From positions 186,001 through 250,000 of the forward strand of contig QPGO01000090.1 of assembly GCA_008632985.1 (NCBI GenBank): a stretch of 64,000 nucleotides of DNA, in the 5' to 3' direction. This DNA comes from Psammoneis japonica (Eukaryota). Both the position numbers and the translations under genes were made by a program. Below are positions 46,300-59,283 of this stretch, in pieces. A model generated the notes under the pieces. It had not been told where the DNA came from. It did no database searches and saw only the letters and a program-made list of their open reading frames with translations. Numbering within the stretch: position 1 is the first letter of the stretch; every line of letters begins with the position of its first letter.

Positions 46300-49200
46300 T
46301 GAGATGACTGGAACTGTGTGAGCTCGAAGGGGCGGCAATGCGCGAATTCCGGTTCGTCACTAATGCAACTGGTTCCCATTCGCTCGAGAAGTCCGCAAAG
46401 CAGGTTGTGTTCTTCGTTGTTTTCGAGAGTCAACAAATTTACATTTGACAGCATGGGAGACCACCTGGCGCACCTGACAATCTTGTTGCTGCCATGTGTT
46501 GTGTCCTTAAACACCAGCAAAGCGTGCCAAGATTCAACAGAGTTTTTCTGACAATTGCCAAAGAAACAATGCTCTGTTCTGGCAAATGTTTTTTCAGCAG
46601 CACAGCACTCAAGAGCCCAAATTACCAGCACTCAGAATGCTCAAAGTTGAGCATCATCATGCCATCTGTGCATGCCAGCACCAGCCAGCCACAATCTCCT
46701 GGGACACTTCTTTGCAGAAGCTTGTGTGCCGCTGACAGCCAGAACCGCTGACAGTCAGAAGATGCACCAGCCATTTTGTCTTCTGTGTGACATCATTTTC
46801 TTTTGGGCACATTGGTCACAGAAAAAGAAAGCACAGAGCTGCATGGCACAAAAGTTTGGCACCACCCACACAATGTGGTCTTTGGCATGCTGCGCTGGCA
46901 ATGCCTTTGAGAAGCACATCCCAACACAGCAAAAGAGCCATTGTTTCCTCACCAACAATGAAAAACTGTTGAGTCTTTGGCACTCGGCAGCACTGGCAAC
47001 ATTTTTGAAAAGCACGGCCATGCACAGCTCATTTTTTCAGGCCTGGAGCTGTGCAGGTTTTTTGTGCACTGGCTGTCTTTCAACAACTCCGCCAGCAGCT
47101 GGTCAAAAGCAATTTTTTTCTTGCACATCTCTCTCAAGCTTCTGATTGAGACCCCCCCTGTTCACACACACACTCTCTCTCTCTCTGCTTTTTGTCAGTC
47201 AGCTGGTGTCAGAGCACAGACACGGTGTGAGCAGCAAGCCAAAGAGCACTTGGCAAACCAGAGACAGTGGAGGATGACACTTGTGCCAGTGAGAAAAAGT
47301 GAGAGAAGATCTCAGAGAGATCAACTCATCCATCTAAAAAGCATCTGGCTGAACATCATGCATGCACAGTCTGACTTTGTACAGAGGAGTCAGCTGACAC
47401 CCTCTCCTGATCTGGCATGTCCAACATGGATGATGCAGATCATAGACAGAACAAAAAAGGGAAGGCAACAATCAACCAAATGAAGTGCAAAGCAAACCAG
47501 ATGACTCTTGCAGGAGTCAGACATGACAAAACAACAAAGAGCAATTCTGCAGATGCCAAGAAAAGGCAGAACAGCAACTCAACAGAAGCAACCCATCATC
47601 CCATGGGCATGGCAGGCACAGAGCATTGGCGATCCAAGGAGAGTCTTGGCAAGGTCATTGCTTGGGCCATCAGTGCCAGGAACAAATCAAGAGACAATGA
47701 AACTGGCCTCCTTCCAGTCTTGAAGGGCGAGCCACTGGGGGCACCAATGTGATGAGAGCACTTGGCTGGGATCCGCCAGTCATTGGCAGTCTTGATGACA
47801 GACTCGTTGTTGGCGTGCAAAGGGGCATGGAGCTCTCCTGAAAAAATCCATGTTCATTGAGGACAGAGCAAAGATGCAGGACTTGTTTGGCAGTGGTGCC
47901 AGTGGTGGCACAAAACTCAGCTTCAGCTGAGCTCTTGGCAGTCACTGTCTGTGTCTTGCAAAGATGCAAGAGACAGCAGCACCAGCCAACACACACACAT
48001 GCCCAGCAGTGAAGCAGTGATTGCAAAGATCATTTTCACATGCAGCATCCAAGAAAGTAGGAAGTCATGTGAGAGAGCCAGGAAAGAGGAACTGGGGCAA
48101 GGATTTGTCTGACTCAAGTTGCTCAAAAGGATGCAATGGTGAAGTGGGGTCCTTGGAGTGCTTCTTGCAGTTGATGTTCCAATGCTTTGTGCAACAAAGA
48201 TGCTTGGCAACACCTTCCAATGCTGTGCAATGTGCTGGTGGTGCTGGGGCAGATGCAAACTTTGACAATGTTGTGATGGCATGCCAACAGTTCACCAAGT
48301 GAGTTGTGGCATCCAAAGCCCTGTGCTTTTGCAAGTTTGGCATGGTTGGCTGGGGGTGCCTTCCACAGGAAAAACACCAGAGTGCAACTTGGAGACAAAA
48401 TCAACGGGAGGAAAAGTGGCTGGAGTCCAGCTCATCTGCAGCAGGTTTCAACCAGCCATGCAATTCAGAACATGATCAATGCACCAACCATGACAAGCAA
48501 TGGATTTGGAATCATCACACTGGTGGACATCCACACCATTGAACTCTGCACAGAGGCCCAAATGCTTGAAAGGCATGTCATCCTTGCCAGAGAGCCACAG
48601 TGACTCAACAATTGAATAAAAAATCTTGATGGCTGATGACTCCTCTGGGCAAGCCATTGAGAAATCATTGACCTGTCCAAGGAGGAGGATGCATTTGCCC
48701 TCAAAGGTCACAGCACAAATGCACTTTTGTCATGAGCAGCCAGTGTTCTGAAATGGGAGCTTGCATCTGCCCAAATCATGTTGATGTGAATGTGATTCTT
48801 CTCCCGCAGAACACCTGACTTGAGGTGTTCCTGCAGGGTGTGGAGGATTGGCAGCATTGTGTGGAACAATCCAAGTCATTGCATGGGCTTTGTCCATGTC
48901 AACAAAAACAAGGGTTGAGGGACACAGAGAGTGGGCACACGCATCCTGAGCATTGCCAGAGCAGATTGGCAGCTCATGGAAGCTGACAGAGCAAAAAACA
49001 ACCATTGAATGAATTTTTTCACACATGAAGAATGTGCGAACTGTGGGCAATGCAAAGCAGGAGCAGCTCTGGGAGATCCATCACAACAGTGTCAAGAATG
49101 ACACACACTGTCTGTCTTGACATTGCATTGCCAACGGGGATGCAGGACAACATCACCTGGAGGACAGGGGATTGGTGCACCCCAAACATTCCAAGTGCGC

Positions 49201-52200
49201 AAAAATGACCAAATTGCTTGAACTTGCCTTCATGCCAAAGGGGCCAAGTTGAGAGTGGGTGCTTCTGAGGAAAGCAGCCGCCATCCAACTTTTGTTCCTC
49301 AGGGGTTGCTGAATGAGAAGAAAGGGCAAAAATTTTGAAGGCACCGGCATCATGGTCAATTGTGGGGAGCAACTCCAAATCAACATCATCCAAAGTCCAA
49401 GAAATTAACTTCAGGAAACCACAGTGCTGCAACTGATCACACATCTGCCAATGCAAGCTCAAGAACATGCTCTTCTTCTTCTGCCAGAGGTGGAGAAAAA
49501 ATGTCATGTTCTGCCAAGGCACATTGGAGCTGTTTAGAGTTGAGAATTGTTGGTGTGGCATTCCAGAGCAAAAACAATTTCAAAGTCTGGGTTGTCAGCA
49601 TCACAGAGATGGCAGACCTTGGCAATGACTGTTCATGAGTGAGTGGATCAATGCCATCAATCAATGTGACATGGGCTCCCATGATCTTGTTCTGAGCAGC
49701 CTTGAGTGAGGAGAACAGGTGGGGCTTGGAGAGCTGCCACACTTTGTGCCAGAGAGATGGCACAAGCAGTTGAACAGTGAACAGTTCATTGACAGAGTGT
49801 GATGTCTGCATGCTGAACATTTCATCCAATGGGGAGCATTTCACATGACATGCAAGAGTCTTGGAGAAAGGATTGCCAAAAAAGCGGAACTGGTCCACAA
49901 CAGACTGCATCATTTCAGCCTCAAACGGCTCACAATTCTGAGTGCATTGCAAATCCATGACATTTGGCAGTGTGTCATCACATGGGAGGGCATTCATGCC
50001 TTTGTCAAAGCAAACATGATTGTCAATTTTGACATGGAACTGATGTTCTTGGCAGCATCAGGGGGAGGCAACTGAGAAAAATTCCTTCAACAGAGTTGGA
50101 GCACACAGCAATGTGTGAAGTGCCCAAGAAATCTCTTTCTTTCCTTCAGCAAGAGGAACAGGAGCAACATCTTGACCCTTGGAAGGGAAAGCATTCTTGT
50201 TGATGTGGGTGTGGTGATGGAAAGCATGTGACCAAATTTTGGCAGGCAAATTTGCTCTGATGAGCATGGCACAAATGGCGCTCTGCACACCGTCAAGTGA
50301 CTGCACTCTGAACAGGGTCATTTTGATTGGAGGCATCAGCTCCAGACATCTGAATCTTGCACTGAAAATCATGTTCAAAAAGTCTTTGGACTGCATGGGT
50401 TCAGAGCACAATTTGCCACCTTGGCCCATGAGTGCACATTTGTTGCGACATTTTGATGAGTGCTCATCCAAGAATTGGCAAATTCATGTGATTAGAGTGG
50501 CCTCAGAAATGCAAGTGGCACCATGGAGATGTTGGGTGTGATGATCACAGACAGTCATCCAACAAGTCTTGCCATTGAGACCCGCGCAGTCTGCCACATG
50601 GAGGTTCTTGTTCTTGGGCTTCAAACCAGAGAAAGTGAACAAGATCATGGTTGGGCCTTGATGTGGTTGAGTGGTGGTGCAAGCAGAGTTGAACAGGCCA
50701 GGTTCTTGGCTTGCTTCATTTGAATGCAAGCAGGGCAGGAATCTGAAGGAGAAGCACCGCGAGCAAGCTTGGAACACCATCAAAACACTTGTGAGCATTG
50801 CACAAGCAGTGGTCACTCAGGAGGTGGGCAAGACAATGGTGCCAGAGCAGGCTTTCAGTGTCAGCTTTGAGGGCCTGCATGGGAATCTGTTTCTCAAGGT
50901 GAGACTCAAAAGGGACATCTTGATGGCAGCACAGGATCAACTTCATTTCATCATTGAGCATCTTCTTCTGGTGGTGTTGCTTGCAGAGGTGTCAATCATG
51001 TCATGTGCAATGACTGCGTTGCACTCTTCAGCAAAGGTGGGGTCATTGTCCTTGATTTTGTGGATTGACTCATCAAGTGTCTTGCCTGAGTGTGGGAGCA
51101 TCAAGGGGTGGGCACAACATTTTCCATCAATTGACTGACCATGGATGATCACATCTTGATTGGAGCATGGAGTTGATGTTTCATGACATGCTTGCGGGTG
51201 CCATGATCATGAACTTGGGGCAGGCAATTGGCTGCAAAATCTTTCTTGTGACCACCATTGCAAGCTGTGGGTGACACCAAGTGCACATGGCAACATTTCC
51301 TGCTGATGCTGTTTCCCACTGGAACACAGACATCTGCGGCAATGGGGAGTGGCACCTTTCTCACTGAGAGCTGGGTTGACCTTGAGGGGACATGGGTTGG
51401 AGGGTGCAAATGGTCAGCGTCAATGGAACAGGTCCATGTTGCCAGCACAGGAGACACAGAGGTGCAAGCATTGAACTGAGCACAATTTTCATCTGCCCCA
51501 GACTGTGCCACACTCACCTTGAAAGCCTCATGTTCAGCATCAAACATGGCAGATGGAGACACCCAAGATGATTTGTTGGCAGAGATCCAAGCAGAGTTGA
51601 TGGCAACAAAACCAGCTTCATCAAAATCATCTGAGCATTGCTTTGAGGTCAAAAGGTTCCCCCTCCCCCCCCCGATCTTGACTCCTCCCCTCCTGATTGA
51701 CAGCATGTGCCAACAGATCATTGTCAGGGAGAGTTGTGACACACCAGGCATCATCAGAGAGATGGCAAGATGGGTGGTGTCTACAACAGCTTTCTCAGCC
51801 ACCCTGCTGTCATGTGCATCATCTCAGAGAGGAGAAAACAGGCGGCATTGGAGATCCAAAACTGCCTGCAATGGCCCAACTGAAAATCTGGTGGCAGAGA
51901 ATCAGCAGGTGGATGAACTTGTTCATTCTGTCAAGCAAGCAAGTTTCCTTGGGTGCCAGCAAAGGTGACTGCATGTTGTTGAGCAGCTTTTCACATCAAA
52001 AACTGGCAGAAGCAAGTGTGAAATCTCTTGACACAGGAGCTGTCCTTGAGGATGGGACAATCTTTGAAAAGATGGTCACCAGCACACACCAAGCACGGGA
52101 ATTTGGCAGCCTTGTTGGGAGCAACCTTGAGTTTGAACACCAACACCAATGGCATTGAGTGCAACACAAAAGGTGATCATTGTCAGCCACAGGAATGTTG

Positions 52201-54000
52201 AGAGAGTGCAACTCATCACAAAGACTGTCAAAGGCATCATCATGCAGAACCACCAGCACATTGTCACATGCAAACATGTCATCAGATGCAGCATCCAGGG
52301 GAAGATCTTGAACAACAGCTGGTGGCTCTGCACCATCAAAAGCATTGGTGCCAACAGGATTGCAAGGCAAAGTGTTGTCACAACACTTGTGTTGGCAACA
52401 AGGGGTCTGGACCCAGTTCAAAGAGGCACCCATGTGGGCTGGACTGTCCGCTTGGCTCAAAAACATGCTGAGCATCTCAACATTTGTCTGCTGCTTCTGC
52501 CTCAGTGTGCTTGCACAAGTGAGCTGCTGAGGTGCACTCATTTTTGGCAACTCTCGTTGGGAACTTTGAGCACTTGGTGTTCTTGAAAAAAAAGTCATCT
52601 CGTGGGGGTGCTTTTCATGCAGCATGGTTGTTGTTCAGCGCGTCTGTCAAATCAGAGATGTCAAGAGAACCTGAAGCAGTGGACAATGCTGGAGGAGTCT
52701 TGGAAGCACAAACAAGAGGGCACTTGCAGCATCAGAAAAGTTGGCACAATCCCTGAATGAGTGCTGCACAGCAGGGATGAAGGAGAGATGCAAGATGCCA
52801 ACAGCAACAATCACCTTGGAGTGATCAGGCTGAAGAGGGTCCTCCATTTTGTGGCCCAGAATCATTTGTCAGGACAGAGGATGATCCACTTGGTCAGAAG
52901 ATGCAGGATCAGCAACCTCCTTGAGGGGCACCTTTTGGTGCAACCAGTGGTGAGTTGGCAGGCTCAAAGGTTTCTGGGAGGACAAGCTCTGAAAGGGCAC
53001 ATGCTTCTGAGTCAGATCAATCATGTTTTGTTCTTGGCCTTCGTGTGCTTTGGATCATCAAAAAATCAATCCCCAGATCAATGATCATGGTGCTGCCATG
53101 AATGCTGCTGAAGTGTTTGGTGACTTCATGGCTTTGTGCATGTTGTGCAAAGGCAACAGAAATCTCTTCAATGGTGTCAAAAAGTGCTTCTTGGGGGTCA
53201 AATGTGACATCATGGTTGACGAGGTGTGCAAAACTCATGAGCACCTGGTGTGGTGTGCTGCTCCATCATTGGGCCTGTGCGCCAATGAAGAAATCACTTC
53301 CAGGATCAAAAATGGGGGCAAGCTTGTCCAGCTCACAAACCAAGTGAACCACAGTGGGGCCCACAGCCCATCAGAGAGAGTGCCTTTGTGGCGCACATGG
53401 GCAGTGAGACACAAAAGCCAAAGGAGCCCCCCTTGCAAACCAGCAGCGGCAGAGTGGATGACATGTGCGCTTGAAAGAGTGAGAGAGGAAGCTCTCAGAG
53501 AGATCAACTTGTCCATTTGCAAAGCATCTGGCTGTCTCCAAGCACACTCTGACCTTGTGCAGAGTCAGCTGACACCAGCACCACCACACAAAACTGGGGC
53601 CCTCGCATGGACGAATTCAAAAGAGCCTGCAGCCACGTGCACAAAAGAAGAGCATGACACAATGTCCCCAGGTGTGCACCAAGTGGCTGGCAAGCCCGAA
53701 CATGACATGTTGCAGCGCACGGTGATGGGTGGAACGCGACCCCCAAAAGCAAAAGGAATCAACACCTCCTGCTGGTGAGCCCGGCGGGGCGGGGTGCAGA
53801 TTGACTCTGTCTGTCCGTGGACACTGTACAGAGATGGCAACCGAGCACGTCATGCGTGCAGGGTGCGTGCGATGCGTCGCGCGTCGCGGGCGTCCGGGTG
53901 TCGGCGGCCATGACGGTGAAAAGCCAACGTGCTGACAACGAGATCGCTGCATCTGTTCGTTTTGTCCCAACTGCATTTCATTTGTCCATCAAGGCCTCTC
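46300..54000. other. Island 3: TpA-depleted domain (core also CpG-depleted) containing the decayed copia and flanking degenerate DNA
   Basis: Hand count for 52021-52320: 0 TA and 1 CG in 300 bp; the edges keep CG but lack TA. Confidence 0.8.
47207..53574 (-). mobile_element. Old, heavily mutated Ty1/copia LTR retrotransposon
   Basis: Diverged ~200-bp LTRs (about 47207-47399 and 53369-53574), both starting TGTCAGCTGAC on the minus strand; PPT GGAGAGGG at 47400-47407; relics LWHHCLAHL (IN zinc finger), ANLPAKIWSHAFHH (IN), LLGQVNDF and FNGVDVHQ (RT), KTQTVTAKSSAEAEF (RNase H) in copia order; TSD not found. Confidence 0.85.
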
Positions 54001-54003
54001 AAC

Positions 54004-54407
54004 ATGGTTGTTAGACTCCGCCTCCAGCGATTTGGTCGAAAGCACCTTCCGTTTTATAGAATGGTCGCCGCGGATTCTCGTTCTCCTCGCGATGGCAAAT
54101 TTCTTGAAATTGTACGTGTCGACCTCCCTCCTGTGCTTTGATAAATGTGGTAGAGTGAACTTTACGCGCCTCACTTGTCTTCTTTTCATTCCAGGTTGGT
54201 ACGTACAATCCGATTCCAAACAGTGCAGGTATCAAGGAGATAAGGCTCAAGGCGGACAGAATAAAATACTGGATTTCAGTTGGTGCTCAACCTTCGGACA
54301 GAGTTGCTTGGATTTTGGGAAAGTTTGGTGTGTTACCTCCTCCACCACCGCGATATAATCCTCAGCGCATGATTCCCAAAAAGGACCGAGAATCCTCTGA
54401 GAGCTAG
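54004..54407 (+). CDS. rps16: Organellar (probably mitochondrial) ribosomal protein S16; intron 54112-54194
   Basis: [42 protein letters not shown]...[19 protein letters not shown]. Confidence 0.93.
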
Positions 54408-54511
54408 AAAAACGCATTTGGCGGTCGCCTCAGAAAGTAGTGGCTGATGTTGTGCACCTCAGTTGTTGAAGTTTCATTTTAAAGTAAAAAGACATTGCTG
54501 AGCGACAGTAT

Positions 54512-57102
54512 TTAAATTGAGTCAGGTTTGCGGTTTCGACCGAGGAGTCGCATAATCAAAGATGACAGCGCATCGATGGACGCGTTAACAACCGCAGACG
54601 CTGTTGCAACCACCTTTTCGACAGTCTCTTCAGTAAGACCCAGTGATTTTGCAATGGCACCGACAGCATCTCTGGACTGCGTCAAGACTTGCCCCGCAAG
54701 TGCACTCACATGATGAAACTCCTTACCAACTGAATTTGCAAACACCTGCCAGTTCTCAGACACGGCCTTGAAAAAGGATGAACTGAAAGCGGAGACAGCC
54801 TGACCAAGCCCCGATATGCTAGTCGCAACAGAAGCCAAAATATTGCCCACACCTTCGACACCTTCAGATAGAACTTGTCCAAATGCTGAGGCTGCCGAGG
54901 AAACTGCTGACACGGCGACAGACACAACCTCCACGACCGAGCGAATCGCAGAGCCAACGAAGGAGTCGGAAACAGCCGATATCAGTCCACCAAAAACATT
55001 GGATAATTCGTGTGTCAGCGATTGCCCAGCGCTTACGATAGAAGACCAGACACCTTCGAGTAGAACGACCGGGAAAGCAATAATAGAGGCAATCGCTCCG
55101 GATATGGACCGCGAAGCGGCTTTTCCAACCCTTGAGAGTGCAGAAGCTGCTGCAGACACAAGTTGAAATGGTGCCTTGGCTATGCCCACGATCAAAGCGA
55201 CACAGGAAGACAAGATTCTTCCGGGCAGTGACATCACCGTGGAGACTCCGCTTACTGTGCTGTCTTGAAGAGAACGCGCCATTGACGAAAAAGCTTTGTC
55301 AACGAGTTCAGCCTCTTGCGCCGTTGTCTTTGCGTTGCCAAGCGCCGAGAAGGAAAAGATAATTAGCGCAAGGCCAACGAGGGCCATAACTTAAATTTGA
55401 CACAGTAGCACGGTTAAGGAGTAAGACAACAATTGTATGCGCAGTCACACTGTCCAGATGTCGACACTACCACTCACATGCCGAGAATCCTGGTCGAACG
55501 GCATAGGATACGGTGTTTCTCAATGCCTCTCCTGAAGTTCGCTGCACTACATCATCACCAACAACGTCGGTTGCAAACGCCATTGAGTGGTCAAGAATCT
55601 CGGGGTCATTCAAGGCCTTATGAGCCGATTCAGTCAGGAGCCCCTGTGTCGCTGCCAACACCTAAAGTCATATCCAGAACCAAGTAAGACGGAGACTTGA
55701 GTAAATACTCATTGTCACACACAAGACGGGAGGCGAAGGGAATGGGCAAACTTACCTTTTGTTCGTTTCCGAGACGAATCAGCAGCTGTTGCAATTCGTT
55801 ATATACTTCCTTGTCGTTGATCAACTCTATCACCAGATTTCGAACCGACTTTTTTATTTCCTTGTTTTGTATTCCATTGTGAAGGAGTTCCACCACCTGA
55901 GCAGTTGTTTCTGGGTCATTGATTAGATCTCGCCAAAGTCGTCTCAGCACCCCTTGAAGAGCATCACTGACGCGCTGGCTCTCAATAATCTGTGCAATAA
56001 AACTAGTGACAGCATTTGCAAGAACTTCGCTTTCAAGAATTTCTGTGACGACACTTTCCGTGTTCCTTATTGTTCTAGGGACCTTCTTCCGTCTCTCTTG
56101 AACTGGAGGGCTCTCGGCTGTCAGAGCATCTTCTCCTGTTGCTTTGCCTTCATGGCTACTACGTCGTTCCCTCGATTCCTTCAATTTATCCAAAAGGTAG
56201 ACGCGTAACGATTCTCCCAGGTCTTCAGATACGTGGTGCCGAAAGTTCTTTTCAGTCTGAGCTACAGGATCATCCCATTCCAAGTCCTCATAGTCCTCAC
56301 TCTCGGACTTCCACACGTATCTTGCCGCAAAAGGAGTAATGAGGATTGTAGACAAGAGCGACAAAACGGCCAGAACCGAAAGCAAATCGCCCTTTGAAAT
56401 CGCGGGGACTGTGGCGAGGTTTCTTATAGTCTGGATTGGCGGCACTGCATACTTTTCAATCAATGCACTACTAGCACCAGCAATATCTCCAACTCTTTTC
56501 CAGCTTCTACTTTCACCAGCAGCTGCCATTGTCTTTCTTCGTTCTTCCTTTACTCGTTTCTGAAGTGGGGTCAGTTTCTTGTCCTTACGTCTTCGTCCAG
56601 TCATGGCTCTTCTGTTTGAGTAGGTGAGTCTTTTTCTTGCTAACTTCGTCTTCTTTTTGAGTGGTCGTTTCGTTGACCCATTAGTTCCTTTTGCTTTTTT
56701 ATTGCTTGGTCGTCGTAACGTCCGTATATATCGAGTTTGCATTGGCAAGAACGGAATTTCATGAATCTGCCTCAGCAAATGCACATTATGGGGCGATGAA
56801 ATAACTGACAATCTGTTGGGAAACATCATCCCTTGGATAAATTCGTGCTTTTCGTTACTAGAAGAATAATACCGTCTCGCCGAAGAATCCATCGAGGCAC
56901 TTGAGGTAGAAAAACTAATCCCCACGGGTGATGGATATCGAGCAGAGTTGAGTTCCGCAGAGATCGCCCCTAATCTTACTTCGTTTGCTTTGTTTTGATG
57001 ACTCCTTATCGGTGTTGTAGAAAAACATTTTTGCTTTTCTATATGAATAGCTTTCCTGAACGCGTCCCTCCGAGTAAAGTTACCCGCTGCAACACGAAGC
57101 AT
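54512..57102 (-). CDS. Multi-exon hypothetical membrane protein with organellar-type presequence and Ser/Ala/Val-rich C-terminus
   Basis: ORFs 55630-57102, 55467-55661 and 54512-55387 can be joined by GT-AG introns. Confidence 0.6.
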
Positions 57103-57529
57103 CGCTGCGAAGCTGGAGGATGAATTTACGGCAAGTTCCGTGGTGAGAAAAAGTTACTTTCAATCATACAAAGAGTAGCTTTTCAGATAGATTTCGAGCA
57201 CCTCTTCAATGCTGACATTGGCCGGATGTTACGCTGCACTGCACTCTCGTCGTTAATAATGAAGCGTTCAATCTGATGTCTGATGCTACGGCCATCGAGC
57301 TTATGGCCGTCTTATCATCGGCAAAAAAATCCTAGTATCGGGGTGGTGGCGTCTGTCCATTGGCCGTGGCTTCCACTCGAACCGCAATCTGAGGCCGCGA
57401 AAGTGATCCACTGCCAAGGACTTGAAGACCTTTGGTTCTCTACTCTATAGCCTATCAGCACTTTATTCTTAGGTTAGTACCAGTACACATATTTATAAGG
57501 TGACGACAATCTAAGGTAAGCAAAAAATA

Positions 57530-58813
57530 TCAGCTCGTCCCAGATGACCACAAGAGCCCATCCTGATACTGACATCGAAGATTCCAAACGATTTTTAAGT
57601 CGGCAAGGTGCCTTCCTGTGGGCACACCTAAATAGGACGCCACGGTCCCCTTAAGGCCGGTGCTAGTTTCTTTCCCGCAATCGAGCAACCGCAATGCGTA
57701 GGACCCAGCAGATGAGTCATCTGGTGCAGACGACGACAAATGACGAGTGGCCACAATGCAGCTCAGAAATGTTGTAAACTCAAAATGACGATCAAGACGA
57801 GCTTTCAGTTCCTTATCAAAGCGGTCCACCAAACTTTTCCAATCCGCAAGTCGATATCGTCTGAATCGTTTGTCGAAACCAAGTGTTGTGTAGTAATCAT
57901 GAGCCTTGATGGAAGACAGCAGCACGTTGAATGGGGTTTCCGATGGTGGCGTGAGGGTCCAATAGTGATGGAGGACATGTACGTTACGAAACACAGCTTC
58001 GGACAAGAAATCTTGTTCGTTTCGAATTTCCTCGGGAATAGATTCCCAGACTTGCAGGGTGCTATAACTCACTTCACCATGACACCCCCGAAGACACGAA
58101 AGACAGAATTCCCTGTCCAATGAAAATTGATCGGGAATCGAAAAGCCATTGAGGCTGTGGGATCGAAGGTGATCGTAAAGAAGTCGGCTTTTTGCAAATC
58201 GCTTGGGAATGTCGCTCGAGCTCTCAAGAAGCGGCATCTCATCGTCCATGCGCACATCTAGAAAATGGGACACCACAGCAATGATGTAGTGTTCCTCACG
58301 CAAAACATCCTCTGGGATCGCCTGAAGAAGCCTGGGACTTGGACAAGAATGTGCAACTTTGCAAATGATCCTGTCGTCTCGTTTCATGCTATCAAGAAGA
58401 TTCGAATAGCTGCCGAGCCGAAGCACTTGGAATAAGCCTAAACATGCGACCAGGATAATCTGGCGGTATACTTCGTCATCTATTCCTCTTTTGTACAGGC
58501 ATTGAACAAGGTTGTCGCTGTATCCTTGATCTCGTATTGGAAGTAGGGCCCTCTTGAAACGCCCAATATGTTGGAGTAACACTTCAGGCTGTCGTTGGCA
58601 AAGTCTCTCTATAAGCTTCTCGTAACCTCCACAAGGATCCTTGAATTCCCCAGCTGCGCCAAAGAGACGTCCAGCACCATTTAGGGCGGCTGTGGCGATC
58701 CCATGATCCTCCTGAACTTTCGCGGGAAGATCATTGTACAGAAGAGGGTTTGTCTCCTCGAGATGCCAACGCAAAGCTTCGTAGACAACGGTGCTTGTGG
58801 CTCTGTCTCCCAT
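57530..58813 (-). CDS. Hypothetical protein, DUF4116-like helical repeats
   Basis: 427-aa ORF with recurring IP.....D.EF...AV-type units. Confidence 0.55.
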   Translation of the reverse strand: MGDRATSTVVYEALRWHLEETNPLLYNDLPAKVQEDHGIATAALNGAGRLFGAAGEFKDPCGGYEKLIERLCQRQPEVLLQHIGRFKRALLPIRDQGYSDNLVQCLYKRGIDDEVYRQIILVACLGLFQVLRLGSYSNLLDSMKRDDRIICKVAHSCPSPRLLQAIPEDVLREEHYIIAVVSHFLDVRMDDEMPLLESSSDIPKRFAKSRLLYDHLRSHSLNGFSIPDQFSLDREFCLSCLRGCHGEVSYSTLQVWESIPEEIRNEQDFLSEAVFRNVHVLHHYWTLTPPSETPFNVLLSSIKAHDYYTTLGFDKRFRRYRLADWKSLVDRFDKELKARLDRHFEFTTFLSCIVATRHLSSSAPDDSSAGSYALRLLDCGKETSTGLKGTVASYLGVPTGRHLADLKIVWNLRCQYQDGLLWSSGTS

Positions 58814-59283
58814 GGTCGCTTAACTCATTGATTCCTTTCGTTTCTACTTCACTGCACCGTCGTTGGTAACGATCAGTTGGCCCGCCAGGAGAGCACCGTC
58901 AAAGAAGCGTCATCGCAACGGCAGAGGTGCGCGGTAAAGTAAATTTTGCGACAAAACGAGAAAAGCTTCAACTGCCGCCACGACGCGCATGGCGCGCACC
59001 TTCGGACTTTCGGACTTTCGGATGACCTCCTGGTTTGTCCGATTTCTGGTTTCTCCGCGTCATTCAAAAGCCTTCTCTATTGCGGCGTTAAGTAATATCC
59101 TTGTAGCGAGCACCATCGAAGGTCTCGGACAAAAGTGTCTCGGCTGACGTAAGCGGTGTCACACAGAAAGAGCCTAAATTTTTCGAATTTTCACATCAGC
59201 TCACAAAACCCCTCTTTTCTTTCCCACAAATTTGCAAAGCTTGATCCATCGAATCAACATTACCTCTCCTACCACTAGCAAAA

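Noticed and set aside
47202..53579. 11-bp inverted repeat GCTGGTGTCAG / CTGACACCAGC at the outer ends of the old copia as DNA-transposon TIRs
   Set aside because: Largely explained by LTR terminal inverted ends; internal content is copia and no TSD could be verified
46300..53980. Dense overlapping Cys/His-rich ORFs in all six frames (also 8.9-12.3 kb and 21.7-25.9 kb) as novel metal-binding proteins
   Set aside because: Loss of TA removes most TAA/TAG stops and turns Tyr/Arg codons into Cys/His/Gln/Trp, producing spurious ORFs; the recognisable pieces are copia relics
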